DNA of 64,000 nt from a virus (IMGVR_UViG_3300038530_003247:32001-96000); one strand, 5' to 3'. Shown: positions 55,010 to 63,425, counted from the first letter of the stretch. Numbers and translations: made by a program. Notes: generated by a model from the letters alone, not told the origin.

Positions 55010-55796
55010 AGACAAGAATAAATCACTCTCCAAAGTAAAAGGGATTGGTCCAATTTATTATCTCAATCTTGATGGGCAACCTGAGAGACGTGAGTTTATG
55101 GAGGAGCAGTTCAAGTACTGGGAGATTGATAATTACAAAAGAATCTCTGCTTATGATGGTCGAGACGATGACCTGAGTGACATCATCAAGGGACGTTATC
55201 CTGACATGATGACCTCTGGTGAGATTGGTTGCACAACATCACACCTCAAGGCTATCAAGGAGTTCTATGAGACTGGAGAACCTTATGCAATCATCATGGA
55301 AGATGATTGTAGTCTTGACTTGATTCGGTTCTGGAACTTTACATGGAAGGACTTTTACTCTAGGATCCCTTATGATTGGGATGTCGTACAGATTGCAATC
55401 ATCTGTACAGGAGATATTCACATCAAAATCCATAAGAGATTTGTGAATGAGTTCTCAACCGCTTGTTATCTTATCACTCGTCATCATGCCGAGAAGATGA
55501 TCAAGCTTCACTGTAGAGGTGACAAGTATAAGTTGGACAATGGAGTGAGACCTCGTCCCGTTGCGGATGACCTTCTCTATAACTCTGGAAACACTTATTC
55601 AATCCCTCTTCTTCTTTATCATATTCCCTTGGGATCATCGATTCATCCTGATCATGTTGACGCATTTCATAAAGGAAACTTCGATGCACAAATGAACTTC
55701 TGGCAAAACATGGGAGCTCAGAAGACAGTTGATGAGTTGATGGATTATGATCCCTATCTGGGTCGTGTCAGTGAGTCATCAGCAAACGGGGGATAA
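55002..55796 (+). CDS. GT25 glycosyltransferase
   Basis: YLNLD..PERR, GEIGC..SH, IMEDD. Confidence 0.82.
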   Translation: MVRDKNKSLSKVKGIGPIYYLNLDGQPERREFMEEQFKYWEIDNYKRISAYDGRDDDLSDIIKGRYPDMMTSGEIGCTTSHLKAIKEFYETGEPYAIIMEDDCSLDLIRFWNFTWKDFYSRIPYDWDVVQIAIICTGDIHIKIHKRFVNEFSTACYLITRHHAEKMIKLHCRGDKYKLDNGVRPRPVADDLLYNSGNTYSIPLLLYHIPLGSSIHPDHVDAFHKGNFDAQMNFWQNMGAQKTVDELMDYDPYLGRVSESSANGG

Positions 55797-55837
55797 ATAA
55801 AGAAAACCCAACAATAATCAATTAGCCATTATCAAAT

Positions 55838-56125
55838 ATGGAAAAAGAGGTATCTGACTTTTCTCTTAAGAGGAAAGAGTGTTCTGTTTGTAAGGCGGTC
55901 TGGATCAACGATCAACACATCTGGTCTGGAACTGGTGCTCAGGGGGACGAACAGACACTCCACAACTTGGTGTGTTACTCTCAACCTGATGGGTCTGGGT
56001 GTATCAATCCAGCAAGAGAAGGTAAGGGTGGACAGATGTATCCAGATAAAGACTCTTGGGAAAAGAGATCCCAAAAGATTGAACAACTTATGAAAGACAT
56101 GGAGAACGGTAATGCCTCGTGGTAA
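55838..56125 (+). CDS. Conserved hypothetical protein with CxxC
   Basis: CSVC.A.WIN.QH.W.GTG, LVC, CINP. Confidence 0.7.
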   Translation: MEKEVSDFSLKRKECSVCKAVWINDQHIWSGTGAQGDEQTLHNLVCYSQPDGSGCINPAREGKGGQMYPDKDSWEKRSQKIEQLMKDMENGNASW

Positions 56126-56267
56126 AATTGACAGAATCGGAGCTGAATCACGGATTTATAAGCTTATGACCAGACTAGATTCTGAGTCCTGTCCTGACAA
56201 TGAGAAGTACATTGCAAAAAGGTATCTTAATTATGTCTTAGATTACATAAAGGAACATACGAATTAG
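56112..56267 (+). CDS. Small hypothetical protein (51 aa)
   Basis: GGAG SD; MPRGKIDR...YLNYVLDYIKE. Confidence 0.6.
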   Translation: MPRGKIDRIGAESRIYKLMTRLDSESCPDNEKYIAKRYLNYVLDYIKEHTN

Positions 56268-56282
56268 AATAGATAAATAAAC

Positions 56283-56390
56283 CTTGGGCGAATGGCTCAA
56301 TTACTATCGCTAGCCCAAGAAAAACACAGAGACATGTCGAGTCTCTTATCATCCGTGGGTTAAACTCCACGAGACAAAAAGGTAAAACAA
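56283..56390 (+). promoter_or_regulatory. Structured 5' leader of the OMP gene
   Basis: CTTGGGC/GCCCAAG, AGAGAC/GTCTCT, CGTGG/CCACG hairpins after late promoter at 56273. Confidence 0.45.
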
Positions 56391-56765
56391 ATGTTCAAAT
56401 CTGTATTCGCAGCAACCGCTGTAATGTCCATGTCCGCTGGTGCTGCATTTGCAGGGCCCTACGTTAACGTAGAAACCAACGCTGGTTGGGTTGGCGATGA
56501 CTATCAGGCCGCAACGACTGAATTCCACCTTGGCTATGAAGGTGAACTCGGTACCGACGCTGGTTGGTACATCCAGGGTGGCCCCGCGCTGGTGAGCGTT
56601 GACGGTGAGCCCACCGAGGCCGAGCTTTCTGGTAAGATTGGTGTTGGCGTTGACGTTGACGAGAACGTTAACATCTATGGAGAACTGGCTGTCCTGACCG
56701 ATGGCAAAGACCTGGACGATGACCTGAATGTTGGCGCTAAGTTTGGTGTCAAGTGGACCTTCTGA
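56391..56765 (+). CDS. Small outer-membrane beta-barrel-like protein
   Basis: Signal peptide (AFA), alternating beta strands, C-terminal GVKWTF. Confidence 0.72.
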   Translation: MFKSVFAATAVMSMSAGAAFAGPYVNVETNAGWVGDDYQAATTEFHLGYEGELGTDAGWYIQGGPALVSVDGEPTEAELSGKIGVGVDVDENVNIYGELAVLTDGKDLDDDLNVGAKFGVKWTF

Positions 56766-56790
56766 TCCATACATAGTATGTTATAATACA

Positions 56791-56813
56791 GGGGGGTCTT
56801 CCGACCCCCTTTT
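56791..56813 (+). terminator. Terminator-like hairpin
   Basis: GGGGGTC-TTCC-GACCCCC + TTTT. Confidence 0.65.
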
Positions 56814-56826
56814 GACTGCGATAAAA

Positions 56827-56845
56827 TAGTTAAGGTACAGTTAAA
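56827..56845 (-). promoter_or_regulatory. Pho-box-like tandem repeat
   Basis: Minus strand TTTAACTG-N3-CTTAACTA (PyTTAAPyPy, 11-bp period) abutting the pstS start. Confidence 0.4.
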
Positions 56846-57804
56846 TGAAAAGAGTGCTTGCCTCAATTCTAGCAGCAGGAGCACTTGTCGGTTGTGCAAG
56901 TGGTCCCAAAGAGACTGTGAGATTAAATGCAGCGGGAGCTACCTTCCCTGCACCTTTGTATAATTCTTGGTTCCAGACAATGGCACGAGAAGGTGGACCT
57001 CAGGTAAACTATCAAGCCATTGGTAGTGGTTCGGGTGTCCGTCAGTTCAATGCTGGTACAACAGATTTCGGAGCATCAGATAAATCCGTCAAGGACGGTA
57101 ACGAGAGACCGGTAGTTCAGATTCCAATGACAGGTGGAGCTATCGTTCCTGCCTACAATAATCCTGGATGTGATCTGAGAGTAACTCAGACTCAACTTGC
57201 AGATATCTTCCTTGGAAACATTGACACCTGGGAAGAGGTAGGTTGTGATGGTGGTACAATCACTGTTGTTCATCGTTCAGATGGTTCTGGTACAACAGCT
57301 GGATTCACCAACTCTCTTTCTGCATTCTCTCCTGAGTGGAAAAAGAATGTAGGAACTGGTAAGGCGGTTGCATGGCCTACTGGTGTCGGTGGTAAAGGTA
57401 ACTCTGGTGTTGCTGGTATCATCAAGAACACTGAAGGTGCTATTGGTTATCTAAATTATGGTTATGTGAATGGTGGTCAGTTCCAACAAGCCTGGGTTCA
57501 GAACAGAGATGGTAACTTTGTTCAAGCCAACGTAGAGACATCTGCTGCAGGTCTGTCACAGATTGTCCTTGACGATCAACTTCGTGGGTCTGATCCTAAC
57601 CCCGCAGGTGCAAACTCTTACCCCATCGTCTCTCTGACTTGGGTCTTGGCACATCCAGAACACAAGAACAATGACACGATGAAGGAAGTGTTTGGTTACA
57701 TGTTGAGTGACGAAGCTCAGGGTGTATCTGACTCACTGGGATATGTCCCTCTTCCGGAATCGATCCGTGAACAGGCTCGTGAAGTTGTTGAAACACTCAA
57801 ATAA
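56845..57804 (+). CDS. pstS: Phosphate-binding protein PstS
   Basis: Lipobox LVGC, AGATFP, GSGSG, DFGASD, RSDGSGTT, YPI. Confidence 0.96.
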   Translation: MKRVLASILAAGALVGCASGPKETVRLNAAGATFPAPLYNSWFQTMAREGGPQVNYQAIGSGSGVRQFNAGTTDFGASDKSVKDGNERPVVQIPMTGGAIVPAYNNPGCDLRVTQTQLADIFLGNIDTWEEVGCDGGTITVVHRSDGSGTTAGFTNSLSAFSPEWKKNVGTGKAVAWPTGVGGKGNSGVAGIIKNTEGAIGYLNYGYVNGGQFQQAWVQNRDGNFVQANVETSAAGLSQIVLDDQLRGSDPNPAGANSYPIVSLTWVLAHPEHKNNDTMKEVFGYMLSDEAQGVSDSLGYVPLPESIREQAREVVETLK

Positions 57805-57829
57805 ATATCATTGAATATCGTTGCCGCTG

Positions 57830-57868
57830 AGGGAGTGGTTGGCAAAATCCAACAAACACTCCCTTTTT
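57830..57868 (+). terminator. Terminator hairpin after pstS
   Basis: GGGAGTG...CACTCCC + T6. Confidence 0.7.
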
Positions 57869-57886
57869 TCTTGATTAAACTAAATT

Positions 57887-58579
57887 ATGATTGAATATTT
57901 CCCTTATCATAGGAAACTTCTAAAGAAGAAGATTGTCAAAGAACTTTTAAACTATTTCGACCAGGAGCAGTTGGAACCTGGGACGATGGTTGGGAATAAC
58001 AAAGATCAAATCGAAGAAGTAAAGCAAGCTTATAACGGAAACTTCGCAGATCCATATCCAAATAAAATGGTCTGGAATGCCCTGGACCTGGATGACGGTT
58101 TCGCGTGGAGAACTTTACCAAAAAGTACTGAACCTCCGATGTTATCGAGGAGTGAGGTTGGTCATTTCTATCATCCACATCATGACAGCCCCTTTCTTGG
58201 AGACTACAGTACAACAATTCTTCTGAATGATGATTATGAAGGTGGAGAATTTCAGTTACGAGTTGGTGGTGAGATAAAGAACTACAGATTGAAATCTGGT
58301 GAGGCAATTACTTATCCAACAGGAATGGATCATTGTGTTCGTCCTGTGACCAAAGGAGAAAGGAAGGCACTAATCCTTTGGACCAAGAGTGATGTGTCAA
58401 ATCCTTTCTTAAGAGAGATTAGTTCTCTTGCACAAAAGGCTTCACTTATCATTCGTGATGAAAAAGAAAGGAAAGGAATCAATCCATATCTTTACCCTGA
58501 AGGAATTGAAGATGCCTCAAATGATCCCCATTTCTTGTTAAATAAGATCATCACCATCATCGCCAGGGCCGAGTCTTGA
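57887..58579 (+). CDS. 2OG-Fe(II) oxygenase (PKHD-type)
   Basis: HHD, DYEGGE, YPT..DH.V.PVT.GER. Confidence 0.87.
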   Translation: MIEYFPYHRKLLKKKIVKELLNYFDQEQLEPGTMVGNNKDQIEEVKQAYNGNFADPYPNKMVWNALDLDDGFAWRTLPKSTEPPMLSRSEVGHFYHPHHDSPFLGDYSTTILLNDDYEGGEFQLRVGGEIKNYRLKSGEAITYPTGMDHCVRPVTKGERKALILWTKSDVSNPFLREISSLAQKASLIIRDEKERKGINPYLYPEGIEDASNDPHFLLNKIITIIARAES

Positions 58580-58656
58580 GGTTCTGTATCACCCTAAACT
58601 CTTCTTTAGGGTGAACTTTTGCATCTTCATAAATCATTATGAGGAGGTAAAGTTAA

Positions 58657-58821
58657 ATGTTTAGGATCAAATTTGAGTGGGACCACGGTCTTCCTGATTA
58701 TGATCCAGAAATTCATGATCCAGACAAAGTCTTTAGACTTTTGACTTATCGTGGAGTTTACTATGCTAAATGGGTTTTATTAAAATCCAGAGGCATACAA
58801 AATTGGAAAGTAAATAAATGA
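58657..58821 (+). CDS. Small protein with one YRGV motif (54 aa)
   Basis: GAGGAGG SD; LLTYRGVYY; followed by terminator. Confidence 0.65.
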   Translation: MFRIKFEWDHGLPDYDPEIHDPDKVFRLLTYRGVYYAKWVLLKSRGIQNWKVNK

Positions 58822-58846
58822 GGACCTTGACGGGTCCTCTTTTTTG
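58820..58846 (+). terminator. Rho-independent terminator
   Basis: GAGGACC...GGTCCTC + T7. Confidence 0.78.
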
Positions 58847-58877
58847 TCTTAGGATGAACACAAATCAATGGAGTTTC

Positions 58878-59111
58878 ATGAAAACTGACCGTACTTATTA
58901 TATTGCTTACGATAACGAAACAAGGTTTTGGATTCAGAAAACAAGGTTCGGTTTGTATCAGACAGGGCTTGAGGATGGAACCAAACTTCTGACAGGATTG
59001 GATAAGGATGGGACTCTGAAGATGACAGCTCAACACATTGTCTGGATGAAGGAGGGTTTCCCTGATCCACCGAGTGGTTCTTATGATAGTGTGGTTGGTG
59101 GAAAACTCTAA
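58878..59111 (+). CDS. Conserved hypothetical protein
   Basis: KTRFGLY...LLTG, YDSVVGGKL. Confidence 0.65.
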   Translation: MKTDRTYYIAYDNETRFWIQKTRFGLYQTGLEDGTKLLTGLDKDGTLKMTAQHIVWMKEGFPDPPSGSYDSVVGGKL

Positions 59112-59136
59112 ATAAAGAGAAGAGTAGGACCATTAG

Positions 59137-60351
59137 ATGAGAAGTTTCGATCAGTTTGTTGAATCATCTTCGAAGATTATAAAAGATGAACTCAACCCAA
59201 AGTTCTGGGATGAGAAAGAACTGAAAGAAGATGTAAGAAAGGCATCGATGAGAATCGCTAAGTATTATGCCAACTGGACTGACATTCCCATGACAGCTGT
59301 GGAGGATGTTCATCTGGTGGGTGGCAATGCTTCTTATCTTTATAATGATAAGTCTGACCTTGATATTCATCTCATCGTTGATAAAAGTAAGATCTCTGAG
59401 TGTGGAGAACTCCTGGATGATTATCTGAGATCGAAGAAGAAACTCTGGGCGTTTGAGCACGACGTAAAGATTTACGGAACAGAGGTTGAACTTTATGCTG
59501 AGGACATTGGTGATCCCAAACCTGCTGCTCAGGGTCGTTACTCAATCAAGAATGATAAGTGGATCACTCAACCGAATAAAGAGATTCCAAAGATCAATGA
59601 TGTTGCAGTTGAGAGCAAGGTAAAGAACCTGGCTGGTGAGATTGATGACATCATTGATGATGAGGTGGCAAATGAGTCACGTCTTGAGTTTATCAAAGGT
59701 AAACTCTTTAAGCTTAGAAGACAATCCCTCTCTGAGGGTGGTGAGTTTGCCCTGGGTAACCTCGTATTTAAGTCCCTGAGAAACAAAGGTTACATTGATA
59801 AGCTCAATGATTACATGACCAATGTCACTGATAAGAACCTCTCTCTTTACGAGTGGCTTGATATTGAAGAGTCTTCACTTACTCGTGTGATGAGTAAGGA
59901 TAAGAAGGGTGGAATGGCAATCATGTCAGCACAGAGAGGTGACAAGAGTGCGAAGGAGAACAGAGCTCGTTCTCAACAACTCGATAAAGACATCAGAGGG
60001 AAAGGGTTACCTGGAGCAACCAAAGTTTCTGGTCGTTACACAGAGAATAAGGGTCAGAAAGATGAGAGAAAGGTTGGTGAGAGATCTCATGTGATCTCCA
60101 GTGGTAAGATGGGTAAGAAAAGATTTGCCAAAGCAATCAAGTCCCTTGGTAAGAAATACAACCAAGACAGTGTACTCTTGAAGAAGAAAACAAAAGGAGA
60201 TGCGGCACTGGTGGGGACTAACAAATCCTCATTCCCAGGCTATAATAAACGCATGAAAACTGGTAAGATGAATCCTGGTAAGACAGGTGAGTTCGACACC
60301 AAAGTCAAAAACAAAACGTTCACTTATGAATCAACTGAAGAAAGCATCTAA
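59137..60351 (+). CDS. Pol-beta-like nucleotidyltransferase fused to a second basic domain
   Basis: GGNASY.Y...SDLDIH, VELY; second module begins at IEE/SSL; late promoter at 59109. Confidence 0.72.
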   Translation: MRSFDQFVESSSKIIKDELNPKFWDEKELKEDVRKASMRIAKYYANWTDIPMTAVEDVHLVGGNASYLYNDKSDLDIHLIVDKSKISECGELLDDYLRSKKKLWAFEHDVKIYGTEVELYAEDIGDPKPAAQGRYSIKNDKWITQPNKEIPKINDVAVESKVKNLAGEIDDIIDDEVANESRLEFIKGKLFKLRRQSLSEGGEFALGNLVFKSLRNKGYIDKLNDYMTNVTDKNLSLYEWLDIEESSLTRVMSKDKKGGMAIMSAQRGDKSAKENRARSQQLDKDIRGKGLPGATKVSGRYTENKGQKDERKVGERSHVISSGKMGKKRFAKAIKSLGKKYNQDSVLLKKKTKGDAALVGTNKSSFPGYNKRMKTGKMNPGKTGEFDTKVKNKTFTYESTEESI

Positions 60352-60559
60352 GAAGTTTATGAAGAAGTTTCCATTTAATCATGTGGTCCTTGAGGATCGC
60401 AAAGAAGTCTGGATCAAGGGTGGTTATCCTGGATGTATGGCTGTTCCTAAACTCATGGAAAAGTTCTATCCTGACTACGATGCTAAGTTGGCAAAGAATG
60501 AATTCATCGAAGAACTCAAGAGAGATCCTTCTGTGCGGGATAGGTTAGACAAGACATGA
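60326..60559 (+). CDS. Hypothetical protein
   Basis: KEVWIKG...FYPDY. Confidence 0.6.
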   Translation: MNQLKKASKKFMKKFPFNHVVLEDRKEVWIKGGYPGCMAVPKLMEKFYPDYDAKLAKNEFIEELKRDPSVRDRLDKT

Positions 60560-60663
60560 AGAACGAAGATATCCCTCACAGTATGGGACCTCTCGCTAAT
60601 TTGGTGGGAGGATTTCTAATAGCATTATTCGTTGTTATGATACCATTCATTATTCTATTATGA
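60556..60663 (+). CDS. Membrane microprotein (35 aa)
   Basis: ATGA overlaps at both ends; single TM helix. Confidence 0.55.
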   Translation: MKNEDIPHSMGPLANLVGGFLIALFVVMIPFIILL

Positions 60664-60896
60664 CTTTTACTGTTTATTCGAAACAAGGATGTCCTTACTG
60701 TGTTAAGGTCATTAGGGCTCTGCAACTTTCAGAACAGAAATACGTTGAGTTGAAGTTAGATAGAGACTTCACTCGTCCTGAGTTCATTGGGAAGTTCGGG
60801 AGGACAACTTTTCCAAGAGTTCTACTAAATAACGAAACACTTATTGGTGGTTGCACCGAAACTGTCAAATACCTACGGGAGAACAATCTAGTCTAA
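60660..60896 (+). CDS. Glutaredoxin
   Basis: CPYC, TFPRV, IGGC. Confidence 0.9.
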   Translation: MTFTVYSKQGCPYCVKVIRALQLSEQKYVELKLDRDFTRPEFIGKFGRTTFPRVLLNNETLIGGCTETVKYLRENNLV

Positions 60897-61261
60897 TGTT
60901 TGATCCGGATCTGGAAATCAATAACGCTGTCGAACTGGCAGTTGACCATGCTTTCGGAGGCAAGATTACTATCAACATGTACGAATACCTAAAGTCCCTT
61001 AAGGCAACGAGAGGAGACGCTGAGAGGTTCCTTGAGAGTCCAACCGCAAGGAATGTCAATCTTTTGATTTATGATCTCGACGATTATCTTGAGGGAGGTT
61101 CCGACTCTGACCATAAACAACTCAGAGAGGCTTATGGTCACCTTGGGAAGCCAGAAGCAAGAAAGATAAGAAACTTTCTTGACAGTATTATTACAGACGC
61201 AGGGAAGTATGCACATGACAAAAGACCGGGAAGAAGGAAAAGATCTGGTCCCTCTAAATAA
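60896..61261 (+). CDS. Conserved cyanophage hypothetical protein
   Basis: YLEGGSD..HKQLREAYGHL.KP.ARKI. Confidence 0.75.
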   Translation: MFDPDLEINNAVELAVDHAFGGKITINMYEYLKSLKATRGDAERFLESPTARNVNLLIYDLDDYLEGGSDSDHKQLREAYGHLGKPEARKIRNFLDSIITDAGKYAHDKRPGRRKRSGPSK

Positions 61262-61460
61262 TGAAGATCAACCCCGAAAAAACAGAGGGGTTGAGCTAAT
61301 GATGAGAAACAAAAACAGGAGGAGAGAAGAGCCTAGCCCGAAACCTAAGTGGTTTCAATTTCGATTGGGGCAAGTGATTACTCTCTTTCGTAGAGAATTT
61401 CACTTTGGATTCGAAATCTATCTGGATACAAACAAAGGTAAGTTCTCAAAGGAGGAATAA
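61215..61460 (+). CDS. Hypothetical protein (start uncertain)
   Basis: NRGVELM, LFRREFHF. Confidence 0.55.
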   Translation: MTKDREEGKDLVPLNNEDQPRKNRGVELMMRNKNRRREEPSPKPKWFQFRLGQVITLFRREFHFGFEIYLDTNKGKFSKEE

Positions 61461-61461
61461 G

Positions 61462-61683
61462 ATGATAGCTGTTACCCTCACACTATCCGCTTTAATTTCA
61501 CTGTTGTTTCTTGGACTTGGTGGAGTTATTGGATGGATCGCAAAGGATGTTGTTATTCAAAAGAACACAGCGTTCTATCCCATGCATCCAGAGTTCTTGG
61601 ATGAAGATGGAAATATCATTGCAGATGAGATTATGTCTGTGAGATTCGAAAACCCCGAAGAGCTTGGGGAAGATCATTACTAA
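61462..61683 (+). CDS. Membrane-anchored conserved protein
   Basis: GGAGG SD, TM helix, HPEFLDEDGNIIADE. Confidence 0.7.
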   Translation: MIAVTLTLSALISLLFLGLGGVIGWIAKDVVIQKNTAFYPMHPEFLDEDGNIIADEIMSVRFENPEELGEDHY

Positions 61684-61706
61684 ACACTGATTATTTTATT
61701 AAGACC

Positions 61707-62162
61707 ATGGCAACAACAAAACTTCCACCCAACCCCTTTATTCATGAAATTCTTGAGTTGGTAAGTAAGCAAAGGAGTGCCGCAAAGAAAGTTGAGGTTC
61801 TGAAAGAATACAGAACAGATGCACTTACAGCGGTTTTGATTTGGAACTTTGATGATAGTATCATCTCCCTCCTTCCTGAGGGAGAAGTTCCTTATGAGAA
61901 GAATGATGTTCCTGTTGGGACAGACCACACTTCTCTTCGTAAGGAGTGGAGAAACCTTTATCACTTTGTGAAGGGTGGTAACGACAGTCTCTCGAAGACA
62001 CGTCGTGAGTCGATGTTCATCCAAATCCTTGAAGGACTTCATCCCACTGAGGCAGAACTCTTGTGTCTTGTGAAGGACAAACAACTGGCTACGAAGTTCA
62101 AGATTACTAAGGCGAATGTTGATACCGCTTTCCCTGATATTCGATGGGGTGATCGGTCATGA
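61707..62162 (+). CDS. Conserved T4-like hypothetical protein
   Basis: LPEGEVPY, RRESMFIQILEGLHP.EAE. Confidence 0.8.
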   Translation: MATTKLPPNPFIHEILELVSKQRSAAKKVEVLKEYRTDALTAVLIWNFDDSIISLLPEGEVPYEKNDVPVGTDHTSLRKEWRNLYHFVKGGNDSLSKTRRESMFIQILEGLHPTEAELLCLVKDKQLATKFKITKANVDTAFPDIRWGDRS

Positions 62163-62347
62163 GTAAAGGTTTCGACATCAACTTTGAAGGACTTGATATG
62201 GATCCAGATCAAGTCCAGGCCCTCCTTAAACAATACAAAAAGATTAAGAAGTATCAGAAATCAAATCTGTTTGCCATCAAGACAATGGATGGAACAGAGG
62301 ATGTTGTATCCAAGATGATTGAGGAAGCTCATGAAGGAGGATTTTAG
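62159..62347 (+). CDS. Small hypothetical protein
   Basis: ATGA-coupled. Confidence 0.65.
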   Translation: MSKGFDINFEGLDMDPDQVQALLKQYKKIKKYQKSNLFAIKTMDGTEDVVSKMIEEAHEGGF

Positions 62348-62498
62348 CCTCACCAACGTTCTTAGACTTATCAGTGAGCTAGAAGGATCCTCTCAGATGC
62401 TCAACCTGATCGACGAACAGGAAGACAAAAGAATCATTGATCTTCTGAAGTCAAAGTATTATAAAATTTATTTCACTCTTAAGAAACTTGATAAATAA
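62331..62498 (+). CDS. Small hypothetical protein (55 aa)
   Basis: MKEDFSLTNVLRLISELEGS...YYKIYF. Confidence 0.55.
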   Translation: MKEDFSLTNVLRLISELEGSSQMLNLIDEQEDKRIIDLLKSKYYKIYFTLKKLDK

Positions 62499-62541
62499 TT
62501 CAAAGAGTATTATAATATACTCATCGGGTCGGAGGAACATC

Positions 62542-62760
62542 ATGACGAAACTCTTGTCGAGTTTATTTGTGATTGTATCATTGGGTGTTACACCCTCCTT
62601 GGCATCTAACTCTACACGAATGAATTGTGTGGAGTACTTTGAGATTCGTGATCTTATTATAGAAACTGAATGGTTCTCTCCGGAGGAAAAAGATCAGCTT
62701 CTTAGGAATCTCGAATCGTTTCATGGATTATCCTGTCTCTGGCCATCGTTCATTCCTTGA
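62542..62760 (+). CDS. Small secreted protein with two Cys
   Basis: GGAGG SD, signal peptide; 3' end overlaps the first aptamer. Confidence 0.6.
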   Translation: MTKLLSSLFVIVSLGVTPSLASNSTRMNCVEYFEIRDLIIETEWFSPEEKDQLLRNLESFHGLSCLWPSFIP

Positions 62761-62870
62761 GTTTTCATTTTTGGGTAGAAGACTAAAGGAACGCAAGTAG
62801 GACAACGCGGAACGGATCGTTCATTTGAGACCACCCATATCTCAAACGCACACGTTGCCCAAAGGAACGG
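62745..62870 (+). ncRNA. Tandem glutamine riboswitch-like aptamers (glnA / Downstream-peptide class)
   Basis: Two CGTTCA-P2-CGCA...GAACG units upstream of a YRGV-repeat gene. Confidence 0.75.
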
Positions 62871-62936
62871 GAACTAACTCGGATCACCCGAAAGGGTTAA
62901 AGGAGAAAAACTGTTCACCAACTTTGGAGTAAACAA

Positions 62937-63188
62937 ATGTCTCAAGCTACTTATCGTGGTGTTGCATACACCATCCAGAACGACACACAGAGTGTCCCTC
63001 AAGCCATCTTGACTTATCGTGGTGTGGACTACCGTCCCATCACTGAGATCAACCAACCCTCTGGTGAGCGCATCTATCGTGGTGTCTCTTACCAAGCTGG
63101 TGTCAATCTCGAAGTCGAGCATGTTCGTAAGAACATCCGTAAGCAGAACGCTCTTCACGGAGCACAAAAGTCTCTGGCAATGCGGTGA
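62937..63188 (+). CDS. DUF4278-like protein with three YRGVxY repeats
   Basis: TYRGVAY, TYRGVDY, IYRGVSY. Confidence 0.8.
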   Translation: MSQATYRGVAYTIQNDTQSVPQAILTYRGVDYRPITEINQPSGERIYRGVSYQAGVNLEVEHVRKNIRKQNALHGAQKSLAMR

Positions 63189-63208
63189 TTGGTCACTCAT
63201 AGTTTGTG

Positions 63209-63236
63209 AGGGGAGGGGTTACACCCCTCCTTTTTT
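63209..63236 (+). terminator. Rho-independent terminator
   Basis: GGAGGGGT...ACCCCTCC + T6. Confidence 0.8.
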
Positions 63237-63266
63237 AGTTTATACTGTTAAATATTATCAATCATC

Positions 63267-63425
63267 ATGGATACAGAAAAACTAAAGCTGATTGTCAGAA
63301 ATCTAAAGTCTCTGGTCGATGTGTTGGAGTCTGAGATTTATTCTGATGTTGAATCGTACACTAAAGGAACAGAGTATCTCCCCCCACTTGCTGATTACGA
63401 TGAGGTCTTCGAAGATGACGAATGA
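63267..63425 (+). CDS. Small conserved cyanophage protein (52 aa)
   Basis: EKLKLIVRNLKSLVDVLESEIYSD...DYDEVF. Confidence 0.65.
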   Translation: MDTEKLKLIVRNLKSLVDVLESEIYSDVESYTKGTEYLPPLADYDEVFEDDE

